A DNA stretch of 63,942 bases, the filler included, from Globobulimina sp. (Eukaryota): NCBI GenBank assembly GCA_003354225.1. It is 16 parts of 16 records of this genome, joined end to end, with 100 filler letters (N's around TTAATTAATTAA, not from the genome) between each part and the next. Parts side by side here need not be neighbours in the genome. Positions count along the whole stretch, not along the records: positions 48,056 to 51,952 come from PIVH01001914.1; positions 52,053 to 55,949 come from PIVH01001915.1; positions 56,050 to 59,946 come from PIVH01001916.1; positions 60,047 to 63,942 come from PIVH01001917.1; 12 more parts are not named here. One strand, 5' to 3'. How positions within the stretch are numbered: position 1 is the stretch's first letter; each line of letters begins with the position of its first letter. The position numbers and the translations under genes are program-made. The notes under the pieces are model-generated. The model saw only the letters and a program-made list of their open reading frames with translations. It did no database searches and was not told where the DNA came from. Shown piece after piece: positions 49,208 through 61,058 of this stretch.

Positions 49208-51040
49208 TTAGTCGATAATCATCGGTGTGTTCCAACTTCCACCTCCCAAAGGTTGTTTGTTTTTTAATGCCTTTTTCTTATTTGTTTTTTTCCGTTTCCT
49301 TCGGGCACTACGTACATGATTAATCTTTCGTAATTTACGTGCATCAACTTTTTTTACTCCATGCGGTGCGCGATTAGTTCGTTTCGAAAAAGCAGCGATG
49401 GTTTTGGGCGGTCGGGCATTACGTCTAGTGGACAATAATAATGAACGTGGTAGTTTCGTAGGACATTGTTTTTTTAATTCTCCGGATTTTGCTAATGCCT
49501 TTGCCTTTTGGTGCCGAATCGTCTCTTCTTTTTCTTCTATTTCTGCGCGTGCTTCATCCCGAGCAATCTGCCTCAACTTTTTTTTGGCGTTGTTTTTCGC
49601 GATTCTGTTGGCGCCCATATCGACATCGGATTCATCGGATCCCAAAACCAATTCCATTAACCGTCGAGATACATATTCTTTGCGTTCATCGGAATTGTCA
49701 GAAACGTCATCATATTCGTCTGAATCGTCTGAAACCATCTCTGTTTTTTTATTTTTATTTTTATTTTTATTTTTATTTTTACTTTTTGTATATTCGCGTT
49801 GGATCTGTTTTGCTTTTTCTTTAAGTCCACGGCGTTCTGCATATTGTTTTTTTTCTCTTGGTTTCGTTGTTCTTTTCGACCGGGCACCCCATCGCATCGC
49901 ATCCGTCAATTGGTTCAAGCTGGCATCTTTAAGCAACAATTCCTTCATTTGTTCGATCCTTATTCGGGCTAAGAAAGGCACTTTAATCTCAAGAAAAGCC
50001 CGAGCGTCATCAATTAAATTTCCAATCAATAATCCGGCAGAGCAGGCCCACGTAGCATTAAAAGAGAATTTGGCAGCTAATAAATAACACTCTTTGTTGG
50101 GATTCAACTGTGTTGCACGTAAAAAAGAATCGAAGGACCAGGTCAAAATCCCCCGATCACGCATCCAGGCCTCAATCAACGTCATTTGTAATATAATAAT
50201 GTACACATAACATGCACTGGCGGTCTCGAAAATATCTTCATTGCCAATTTCCACCATTTTTGTATACTGGTTACTAAATCCACTGGTGAATATTATTTGC
50301 GCGAACTTACCCGTTGCACCGCGTAACCAAACGAACTTATTTTTCTTTTGCCCAATTCCATGCCTTGCCAAGAGATTTTTAACTGCGCGCACTTTTTTTT
50401 TTGTGATTTTTCAATAAGATGCGAATTTGCGTAATGCGAATTTGCGCATAATGTAGGTCTACATACCATTTAATTCACCCCCTAAACGGCCGTTGTTTAT
50501 ATCGCCAATGGCCATTATACCCCGATAACGATCGCTTCGCAAATCAAAAACGCCAATAAGTAACCGGCAATGGACATCCACGTCACTTCTTTTTATACGC
50601 ATAACATTCGGCTGCATAATCACAATTCGGTCATATTGGGCCAGCTGCGCGGTTTTAATGGCTTTATCCCAATCTTCAAATACTGGTACCATTTCAGACA
50701 TAATTGTTGGCTCTAAACCTTCAACAAATAATTTGCGTATCGGGCATGATTCAACGAATTGAATTTCTTTAATTAATTGTTTCGTAGCCAAATACTGTTC
50801 AGAACAATAAAAAAAAGTTCCGTGATTTTCGTTTTGATTTTGAGCTCGTGCTAATGATGTATGAACAATTTTTTCCATCGGTTTCATGCTGTCGCACATG
50901 GCATATATTTTCCACGCTTCATCTCTCAATTCGAGTATTGCCTTCTTTTTGTCTTCAAATTCACTGTCGTCATCCAAATAGATTTGAGCGTTGGTGGTAA
51001 TTGATTGCAACAGAGATTCTTTGGTCTGTGCCGAGTACAT
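49208..51040 (-). CDS. Orphan protein with a basic/acidic C-terminal half; probable intron ~50392-50466
   Basis: A GTATGT..AAAAG intron joins ORF 50459-51040 in frame to ORF 49208-50392. Confidence 0.55.
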
Positions 51041-51177
51041 GATGGACTGAGTAGTGGAAAGTTTTTGTTTTGTAGGAAGTTAAATGGAAACCGACTGTTA
51101 TTTTTATATACTAAGTTTTTTTTTTTGGTCGATTGACAACTAATTATTGCGTAAATTGTCCGGTTATTGTCCGGTTA

Positions 51178-51465
51178 CTAAAACTCTTGGAACAAAACTC
51201 CAACAATCCAATTTTCCATATAGTCACAAATAATATTTATAATATCAATTGTAATGTTTTTCCTGCATATTAACCTTGAAATGTGGATAACAATTTTCTC
51301 TTTGTCTACGTCAGGTCGGTACATATATGATTCACCACATTGACTGTTAATTGCATATTTTTCAACAGACAATAACACTATATCGACGGTTACACATTGG
51401 CTACAATAACACTGTAAGCAGTAGTCATCATAGTTTACTTTGCTTGTTTCAACGTAATGGTCCAT
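51178..51465 (-). CDS. Small protein with CxxCxCxxC and a C-terminal F-box/SOCS-like helix
   Basis: CLQCYCSQC and NITIDIINIICDY. Confidence 0.4.
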   Translation of the reverse strand: MDHYVETSKVNYDDYCLQCYCSQCVTVDIVLLSVEKYAINSQCGESYMYRPDVDKEKIVIHISRLICRKNITIDIINIICDYMENWIVGVLFQEF

Positions 51466-52052
51466 TAGGTGTTTGTAGAAACAGTGAAAGTTTTCTCTAG
51501 TGAAGTAAAGATAGAAATTGAGAATGAAAAAAAAGAAATACCAAAAACAAGTTTAAACACGCAAAAAAACAAACTCAATATTAAATAATAAATAGAAAAA
51601 ACCCACAAAAAAAAATAATGTCGTTGTCGTTGGTGAATTTAAAAAAAAAAAGTCAAATGCAAAAAAAATAATGTTTATTCTGTTAACTTTAGTAAAAGAG
51701 TAACTTTTTTTTTTTCGATCGAGGCCGTTTGTTGTCGGTGCCAAATTTCCTTTTACGTTTTTTCGAGGATTCAGTTGGCATATCATAGATATCAGGCAAA
51801 GCAGGTGCGGATGTCTTGGATGGGCTGATAATCAGCGGATAATCAGCGGATATTGTGGAATAATCTTCCAAATTTTCAATGTTGCAATCTGGAGATATGA
51901 TTCCATAAATGGGCGAACAATCATCTGATCCTCTCACTGGCGATTTGGGCGANNNNNNNNNNNNNNNNNNNNNNNNNNNNNNNNNNNNNNNNNNNNTTAA
52001 TTAATTAANNNNNNNNNNNNNNNNNNNNNNNNNNNNNNNNNNNNNNNNNNNN

Positions 52053-54601
52053 TTGGTACAATCAGCACATCGCACTGAAATACTACAATGGCAAGCATGG
52101 CTATTAGGACAATTTAAACTCGCCAAACAAACCCGAATTGTAATTACCTGTACAGGTTTAAATACTTTTTGGATCGATGCAGAGGTTTAAATAAAATCGG
52201 CCCTATCGCTGCAGATCAATATGGAAATCGACCCTTTCCTCATATTACTATTTTACCAGCCGGCACTCACACTATCACTGCTTTAATCCGTGGCAAACAT
52301 CAAACACAATTACAATGTCGCATTAACACAGCAAGTAATAACCAACCTATTCACATTGCAATTGATTCCAAATATGTTCCTGATATCATTGATGGGACAT
52401 TAGCAAGCTCTGTGCTTGGAGTTACAATACAAAATCTGTCACCAATACATCAACTTTTATTAACAAATGTTGATATTGTGAATGAAATGGATTATGAATC
52501 TATCTTTCTATCTGATAAACAGCCAAATTGGTCATTGTTATATCCAAATCAAATTGGCATCGTACCGGTATATATTGATTCTGTATCACATAAATCAATG
52601 CAACAATGTACAACATTATCTATTAAAATTAATTTTTTATTTGAAATTACATCATTTAATATTAAAAACACAAAGCAACAGAGTATGACTCACAGATTAG
52701 ATGTTCGCTGTCGTCAACAAGGTCAAAGTTTTAAATTCACTTTTTTAGACAGTGATGGATCCGTTCAACATTCAGCTGCGATTCACCCACTTCCGTCAAC
52801 CTCTACGTTACAGATAACAACATTCCCAGTGTTGATAAACTTGCATGGTACCGGTGTCACAGCGTCAAACTCTGCGGATTCATATAAATATAAACACAAT
52901 GCATCCCAAAAAGATTACAGATTTGGTGTTGAAAACATGTGGGTATTGGCACCAACACGGCATGGTGCACATAACTGGGAAGGTGTGGGGAAAAATACTG
53001 CCATGCAAGCATTGAAAATATTGATTCAATTTACAAAGCAAAAAACAACTTATCCCGCAGATGAAAGCCGCATTATATTTGCTGGTCATTCAATGGGAGC
53101 TCATGGAACATGGGTTCTTGTCACAAGTTTCCCTGATTTAGCATTAGCAGTGATACCGCAATCCGGATGGTCCCGGAAAGAATATTATGGTGATTCTAAC
53201 ACTTTATTCATGTATGATATACAAAATAACTTTGTTGGCAGTGCGTTGAAATCCATTTTAGAAGCTACCATTCAAGAAAATGCCATCGAATTACATGTGT
53301 CCAATGTGAAGAATGTGCCATGTTTTGTTAGGGTTGGCAGTAACGACCAGGTGGTCCATCCGTGGTGGAGCCGGAGAATAATCCGTTTGCTGTATGAACT
53401 GTATCCAGATACTAAACAAAGTGACAATCCGTATATCAAATATCATGAAGTGGGAGCAAAGGAACATTGGTGGTGGGATACAATACGTGCAAACGATGGC
53501 GGTGTGGCAAATGACGAAGAGCTTAGATTATATTTTCAGCGAATTTTGTTAGAATCTGTTCACAACGAAAGGACGCAATTGCAACAAAAGCTGTGTGCTA
53601 ACTATGCATTTACATTAACTGTATATAATCCGGCCAGTGTAGCTTCGAAAAATGGTGTGCAGATATTGCAAACATGGAAATCATATCAAAAGGCGACAGT
53701 ATCTGCGCAATGTCAGAGTGAAAATGTATGTGTTTGTCGTATTTATACAGTGAATGTACGTCGGTTGAAAATTGATTTGCAAAACTTATTTTTGAACGCG
53801 TATGGCGAGAATGGTTGGAGATTGTTTGTAGATGATATAATGTTTGATTTTAAAGAGAAGAATACAAGAAATTGTATGGTGTGCTCTGAAAATGAAAATG
53901 AATGGGAAGAATGTGTGGATTCGACGGGTTATGAGTTGGTACAAAGATCGCCGGCATCATATGGTCCAATACGACAAGTATTTGAAAGTAGATTTAGGAT
54001 TGTTTATGGTACCAAGGGCAGTGATGAGATGCGAGTCAAATATAAAGAGTGGGCTCTATATTTGAGTAACTTATGGTATATGACAGGAGATAATGGTAAT
54101 GTAAGAATACATTCTGATATGGAAGAAAATATTAATTTGCAGGAAGGGGAAAATATATTATTAATAGGTGATAGTGGGACTAATGAATGGAGTAAAATAT
54201 TGTTAGAGGACAATGCAAATTTAATTGATTTTGAAATTGATGCAGAATTTGTACGAATTGGACCGTGTGTATATGCGAAATCGGTTGGTTTTATGGCAAT
54301 GTTTCCTATTGTCGATGGATATAATTTGCATTTAGGAGCTGTTATTGGTGGGAGTGGCTTGGAGAGAATGTATGAAATTATTTTAATGGCAAAACCAACC
54401 ATTCCACCAATGACACGGCAACCATTTAGTAATACTATGCCTGATTATATTGTAACAGACAAAGACACTTTTTCAAAAGGATTTGGTGGAATTTTAGCTG
54501 CCGGATTTTGGAAATTTGATTGGAAATGGGATGCATCAACGTCTTATATGTCTTTTTGTCATCAGCTTGATAAAAATAAAATGAATAAGGAGGAGTTATA
54601 A
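52053..54601 (+). CDS. Alpha/beta-hydrolase (esterase/peptidase-like), 5'-truncated
   Basis: LINLHGTG, nucleophile elbow FAGHSMGAHG, VGSNDQVV and EHWW. Confidence 0.8.
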
Positions 54602-54902
54602 ACATAATTTATTAACTTGATCGCGAACAAAAAGTTCCATTTAAACGATGTTTGGCTTAGATCATCTTAAGACATCTTTAAAGTTTTTAAATAAAACAAT
54701 GGAAACAACAAAGACTACCATATTAAAGTCTGTCTTTAAACTGTAGTCTGTAGATCAATATATGAAGATAGTAGTACTATAATAAATAATATTTAAAAAA
54801 TTAGACATTTTGGCTCGATCAAAAAAAATTATTGGTATGTTTTTAAATTATAATTGGAAAAACAGATTATATATAAACTCCATGTCGTGTGTTATGTCAC
54901 TA

Positions 54903-55949
54903 TTAACTGAGTTTGACAGAATATTCGCGAGTATCAAAATTATGATAGTCATTATCACCAAAACCAAAATAGTGATCCTCATCCGTAACATCATTTAATT
55001 GAACCCAAAAATTCATGCTATTTTTATATTGTTTTAAATTTGGAAATATTAATTTTAAGTTGTTGTTATTAATTAAGTAGTTATTATTATTTTGGTCATA
55101 AATAAATAATACGTTTATTAACTCATTGTGCATTGACTCTATTTCTGTTTTAATACATGATAAATTGATATAATCTCGTTTTGAATCGCAAAAATGTTCA
55201 AATAATGCATAAATATAATCAATTTTATTATTTTCATGTCCGTTTCCATTTAAATTTCTATTTATTTGATGATCAATTAACGGGATTAAGTGTTTCATTT
55301 GCAATTTTTTGGATAAATAACCATAATTATAATAATTCTTTTGATGCGCTGTTTGTTGTGTAATCCTTTCAAAATATAGAAAAGTGCTCACTTTATCTTT
55401 TAACGAGGTCCATTTATTACTTATAATGCATTTAATATCAGTAATAGTTAAAACTGTTAATCCCGCAAATAATATTTCGGATTCTTCATCGTAGGGCGTA
55501 AATAATTCGACATTTAGACATTTACTTTCATTTAATTCATTTTTATATTTTGGACTCAAAGTCAATATAATCCCGGCACCATTTCCTGTAAATCGATCTC
55601 TTGCAATCTTTATATTTTTCGTGGTTGAAGTTGGTGCTTCAAAATTGGCACTAAAATGATTAAATAAAAATTTACATTGCAAACCGTGAAAAAATTGTTG
55701 GTTTTCTGACTCATTTTTGTGTTTTTTAACGCCATAAAATTGTATTGCACAATAAATAAATCTCCCAAACCAATAATGATTATTACAGTGAAATTTGTTT
55801 ATATTTATGTCACGATATGATTCTCGAAAGACTCTGCATAACTCACTGTTGCTGCAATATAACCCCAACACTAATATTAATTCAATAGAGATTGCATCAT
55901 TTATTTTTATGCCATATTTTAAATTGGTTTCATTCGATTTCATATTCTT
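54903..55949 (-). CDS. ADP-ribosyltransferase-like domain protein, 5'-truncated
   Basis: FFHGL, PTSTT, GIILTL and EESEILF correspond to the (R/H)-S-E motifs of ART folds. Confidence 0.6.
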   Translation of the reverse strand, partial: KNMKSNETNLKYGIKINDAISIELILVLGLYCSNSELCRVFRESYRDININKFHCNNHYWFGRFIYCAIQFYGVKKHKNESENQQFFHGLQCKFLFNHFSANFEAPTSTTKNIKIARDRFTGNGAGIILTLSPKYKNELNESKCLNVELFTPYDEESEILFAGLTVLTITDIKCIISNKWTSLKDKVSTFLYFERITQQTAHQKNYYNYGYLSKKLQMKHLIPLIDHQINRNLNGNGHENNKIDYIYALFEHFCDSKRDYINLSCIKTEIESMHNELINVLFIYDQNNNNYLINNNNLKLIFPNLKQYKNSMNFWVQLNDVTDEDHYFGFGDNDYHNFDTREYSVKLS

Positions 55950-56167
55950 NNNNNNNNNNNNNNNNNNNNNNNNNNNNNNNNNNNNNNNNNNNNTTAATTA
56001 ATTAANNNNNNNNNNNNNNNNNNNNNNNNNNNNNNNNNNNNNNNNNNNNAATAATATTTGCATAGTTAATTTAAAATATATCACTTCCACTAAAATAATA
56101 ACCACAAAAACAAACACTTAACACGTCACTATATATATACTTAACATATATTGGTAGAATAATATTA

Positions 56168-58044
56168 TTAATGCCCACCAAATAATTTAAAGAATGATTT
56201 CTTTGCTCTGTTAGCTTTTTTTTGTTTTTTATGTTTTGTCTTTGATTTTTTAGTTTTCTGCTCATGTTTATCCAGCGCAGCAAAATAAAATGGATGGTCG
56301 TGTTTGCTGGTTCGAGATTGCATGATCGGTGTCGGCGAGCCCGTGCCTGGGTTATTAGTATTAGGATGCGGTGAATATGGAGTGTATGGCGAATACGGTG
56401 ACGAATATCGATGTCGATTGGTATAAAGATGCGAACTCTGCGAATGCGACACGGATTTCCTCGATACGGAATATGAAATACATTGTTGAGGTACCATTGC
56501 ATTGACTTTCTGATTATGTGCGTGGGCGTACGGCTGCTGTGATAATGACATGGAGACAGAGGCTCTATTCATTATTTCTGGGGAATTTGGAGGGAACTCG
56601 TCGTCTGTTTGGGGTACATCATCAAAGGTTGTTTTTATTGGTGCTGGAACATGTACAGGTTGTTGTTGTTGTTTTTGTTGTTGTTCCTCAAAATAATGTT
56701 TAATCCACGGATGTCTTACAATTTCATCCAATGTGATACGTTGCGATTCGTCATAGGTTAACATTATAGTTAACAAATCGTGTAAATTGGAGGTTACATA
56801 CTTAATTCTGCCCCATTCTTGTAGTAATTTTGAGATCTGTTTATATTTTATAAATTGATAAGTAACGTCTTGGTCCACTGGTTTGTTGTATGGCGGCGCT
56901 CCGATGACCATCATAAATAAACAAACGCCCAAACTCCATACATCTGCCTTATCTGCGCAAAATACCTCTTTCTTACCGTACACTTTTGGCGATTTATAAT
57001 GCGTTTTACCTGCATATGCACAAAAAAAAAAGAACACATCTGACCATACATGAACATATACATACATACCGACATATTTTTGGCATAAGAAATTTGGGTT
57101 TTTATCGCCATCAAAAAACTCAGATAACCCAAAATCTATAAATTTAATATAACATCCACTCAATTTGCCAGTTTCCGCATCAAACCGCGCACTTTCTTTA
57201 ATCAACATATTTTCCAATGACATATCTTTTGTATTTGAATATGGATTAAAAGGAAAACACATTCAATTCCAAACAAACCTAAATAGCAACAATTCATTCC
57301 ATGCATCCAACGCAGGAATTGCACCATTTGGGCGAACATAAATTTACAATGTTTGCGCCATTCGGATAGTGATAACTTATCATTTACGATACGATCCTGA
57401 CATTCCACCACAAAGTCAAAGAAATCAGTGCCACCATGCTCCATTACCAGATAATAATAATGCGAATCTTCGAAAAAATCATAATATTCAATAAGTGAGG
57501 TTGGCGGTGTATTATTTGTAAATTTTTCAAGTAATTGTGCCTCCGCAACAATATTTTCTTTGACTTTGATAACTTTGCCAGATTTGGTGACCGTAATACC
57601 CAATTTATGTAATTTTTTGCTCGTTTTTTTAATAACAACGGTTTGTGGTAAATTACTAATTAATTTACCATTAAATACCTCGCCCTGCAGAGTGGTGGCA
57701 ACATATTTTGTGCGAATATATCCGTGTTGTGATAATGTTTGTTTTTCTAATTCATTGATTTGCAGAGTGGTTAACTCTCGCTCGGAGCTGATAAAGGTTA
57801 ATTTTTCATCAAAGTATGGAAAGGGACCCGATAAATCTAAGCAGTGTTTTTTACTGCCATTGGCTCTGGCTTTGCTGTAACTATTTTGTTGGTGGTTATA
57901 TGGTGAATCATCTGGCGGTGTTGGTGGATATTGTAATGATGAGGCATCAGATAATGAGCCTGAACCTATACCTCGACCAATGTCAAAGGAATTTGCAGTG
58001 AGATTTGCACCAAACTGAGGAGAATAATCAGCAGGAGTTGTCAT
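56168..58044 (-). CDS. Ser/Thr protein kinase (CAMK-like); introns 57226-57278 and 57010-57069
   Basis: TTLQGEVF, VVIKK, LVMEHGG, YLDMSLEN, DFG, YKSP and DVWSLG. Confidence 0.9.
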
Positions 58045-58331
58045 TGCTAGCTAATTTGTAAACTCAGCGAAGAAGTCTGAGGAACGTTTTTGTGTTTTTA
58101 AACTTAATAATAAAACCATGCTGTTAATGCTTCTTCAAGTTGCAGGAGGATGCTTATGCATTGTTGCGGTTCATTTGTATTTGAAATATAAAGTGTTCTT
58201 TTCAAGAGGTATGCTATTATAATATTATTATATAATATATCAATATAAATCATAGATAATTTAATATGAATAGAATTGGCAGACAAAGAACTGCAAAAAA
58301 GAAATAATATTTGCGCAGAAATATGGGAGAG

Positions 58332-59502
58332 AATGGATGACCGAAATGAGAATGAAATGGATTACAAATCAGATGTGAGCGCAACAAAAGAAATACAAAA
58401 TGGAGCACCAAACAAATGTATTGTGACTGGTGGGAATGGAATGGTTGGTCGGCAATTAATAAATATGTTATTACAACGCGGAACAGAATATATTATCTCA
58501 ATTGATATTGTTTTACCAGACACAAATTCAAAGCTTTTCAATGATAAACGAATTGAATGGATTTTGTGCGACATCACAGATTTTGAGGGATTGTGTTCAA
58601 AGTTAGGCGGTGCAATGAATGGGAATGGAATGGATTGCGTCTTTCATATCGCTGCGTTGGTTGGTCCATATTACAAACATTCACTATATTTATCTGTAAA
58701 TTATTATGGAACCTTGAATATAATAAAATGTTGCCACAAATATAAGATTTGCAAATTAATTGATTGTAGCAGTCCATCGACGCGATATACGTTTGATGAC
58801 ATAAATGGTTTGAATGAGCATGATTTCATTGAGAAAGGAAATGGCAATCCATACCCTCAAATATTCACACATCAATATGCAAAAACAAAGGCTTTGTCGG
58901 AACAGGCGGTCTTAAATGCAAATGGTAAGAATGGTTTGTTTACGATTGTCATTGCACCGCATCAGATATATGGACCGAAGGACAACTTGTTTTTACCGAA
59001 TATCATCAGGGCGATCAAGAAAAACTTATTATTCATAATGGGTTCTGGCCGCAATATTGTGTCATTCACACACGTCGACAATGTTTGTTATGCACTGATT
59101 TTGGCTGCAAACTCTTTGTCAAATGAAAAAACAAAGAAAATCTCCAATGGACAGTTTTATTTTGTGACAGATGATGGTGTCTACAATTTTTGGGATCAAA
59201 TTGATATTATCTTAGATATTTATAATAAAATACATCACACTCAACACACGCCATTAAGATATAAAATGCATTTAAATCGGTATTTTTTATTAATTATTGC
59301 ATATTTCTGCTCATTTTATACATTAATCACATCAAAGTTTACCACCTTGAATCCATTCAGCGTCAAAATGACAACAATGAATCGATATTTTAATAATGGA
59401 AAAATTAAAAAAGAATTGGGATATAAGCCAGTGGTGCAATTTAATGAGAGTTGGCGCAATGTGGCAAATGTTGTTGTTAAACGAATGAAAAATGAAAAAT
59501 AA
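58332..59502 (+). CDS. NSDHL: 3-beta-hydroxysteroid dehydrogenase/C4-decarboxylase (NSDHL/ERG26-like extended SDR)
   Basis: VTGGNGMVG, VFHIAA, VNYYGT, YAKTK, IYGP and FTHVDN. Confidence 0.8.
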
Positions 59503-60046
59503 TTATTCTCAAATATTTGTACGTACAGACTGACTTTTAATTTAATTTAGATTCTAGCGCTCTGTTAAGTGGATTATAGATATCGTAATTGGATACAACT
59601 CACAAACATTTTGAGAATACGTTTATTCAACAAATCCGAACAAATCCAGACACAGTGTCTCACTTTCTTGTTTGTTGCCTAAGATAGCAGCATAAACCAT
59701 TAAATCTAAAACATAAATAATGCTATTTTTTTTAAACACCGCCAATGACGGCCAATCAAATTGTAATTTAAATTAATATTCCATGCTAAAGATTTATTGA
59801 TTAATTTCAGGCATATATAATTACGTTGCGATCATTCTTATATTACTTTTTATTTTTTTCCATCAAAAATGTCCCATAAAATAAATTGATATCATATGTT
59901 TGTACTATAAATATATGTTTGTAATGCAAGGAAAGAATAAGCCAATNNNNNNNNNNNNNNNNNNNNNNNNNNNNNNNNNNNNNNNNNNNNTTAATTAATT
60001 AANNNNNNNNNNNNNNNNNNNNNNNNNNNNNNNNNNNNNNNNNNNN

Positions 60047-60163
60047 AATACGGTTGACATAATTCAGTATTTATTCGTTTAGTCTGTTAAAATTGATTGT
60101 AGACGGATAAAATCAACTGAATTATCGACTTTACTTTCTTTTCACTTAAATGCACTAACTCTA
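60047..60163 (+). repeat. 117-bp direct terminal repeat of the last contig (identical to 63826-63942)
   Basis: AATACGGTTGACAT...GCACTAACTCTA is present at both contig ends. Confidence 0.95.
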
Positions 60164-61058
60164 ATTCCATATTCTTTGATATTCTTTATATGTAACTCAA
60201 TCTCAGTTATTTGTTGTGTCCATTTTGTAAATGATTTAATAATAAAATCTGAAGTGTTTCCCACTGATAAATCAATCATTTTATTTATTATATCCATACA
60301 ATCCGTTGATATTCGTTTATATAAATACTCACCGCCACTCACTATTGTTTGTAAAGCAACCAATGCTTTTATAAAAACTCCGTAATTTTCATTTGTTTTC
60401 ATATTACGAATTGATTGAAATTGTAATTTATCAGAATAAGTTGGTTGAATAAATAATCTCTCCGCTTCATTAGCAAAACAACTCATAAATGAACAATTAA
60501 AATATCTTAAGTAAATATCATATTTATTTAATTCCAAAATAATTCCATCATTTTTAGCAAATATAGTGGCAACCTGTAATTTTGTGGTGGTTGATGTCGG
60601 TGAATTAAATGTTGCAATAAATTGATTAAAATACATAAATGATACTCCGTGGTAAAAAATATTAATATTTGTTTTATCCATTCTTGTACCAAAACAATTC
60701 ACTGTTTCACTTAAATATTTGCACCAATTTCCATATTCTTTATTTTTATTTTCTAAATCTTGCCTACTTTAATTACCATTTATTCTTCGAAATGTGCTGC
60801 TAAAATGATATGATAAACTATCAAAATCCGTGTATAAGATCACAGATAAAATATTATTTAGACATAATGCTACACCATTTGTAATACCATACACTTTTTC
60901 TGACCTATGATATGTACATTTTATTGTTTTAATTACATTTGAATCGGTGATTAAATTCATAGCTTTTTGTATTGCATTTTGAAATATATTCATATCTAAA
61001 CAAAATATTTGGTTTGATGTTATTTCTTGTTTTAAATTATTATATTTTGGGGTTAGTC
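60163..61058 (-). pseudogene. ART-like pseudogene, upstream part (5'-truncated, in-frame TAA at 60769-60771, interrupted by a MITE)
   Basis: PKYNNLKQEI, VILYTDF..FSSTFR, FYHGV, PTSTT, GIILEL and NEAERLF; paralogue of 54903-55949. Confidence 0.7.

Noticed and set aside
3908-60046. Regularly spaced TTAATTAATTAA palindromes about every 4 kb
   Set aside because: Artificial linkers inside N-runs. Adjacency of genes across them has no biological meaning.
60769-60771. In-frame TAA (with the TGA at 19397) as evidence of stop-codon reassignment
   Set aside because: TAA, TAG and TGA end intact genes throughout the window, long conserved ORFs have no internal stops, and this gene also carries a MITE and a truncation.
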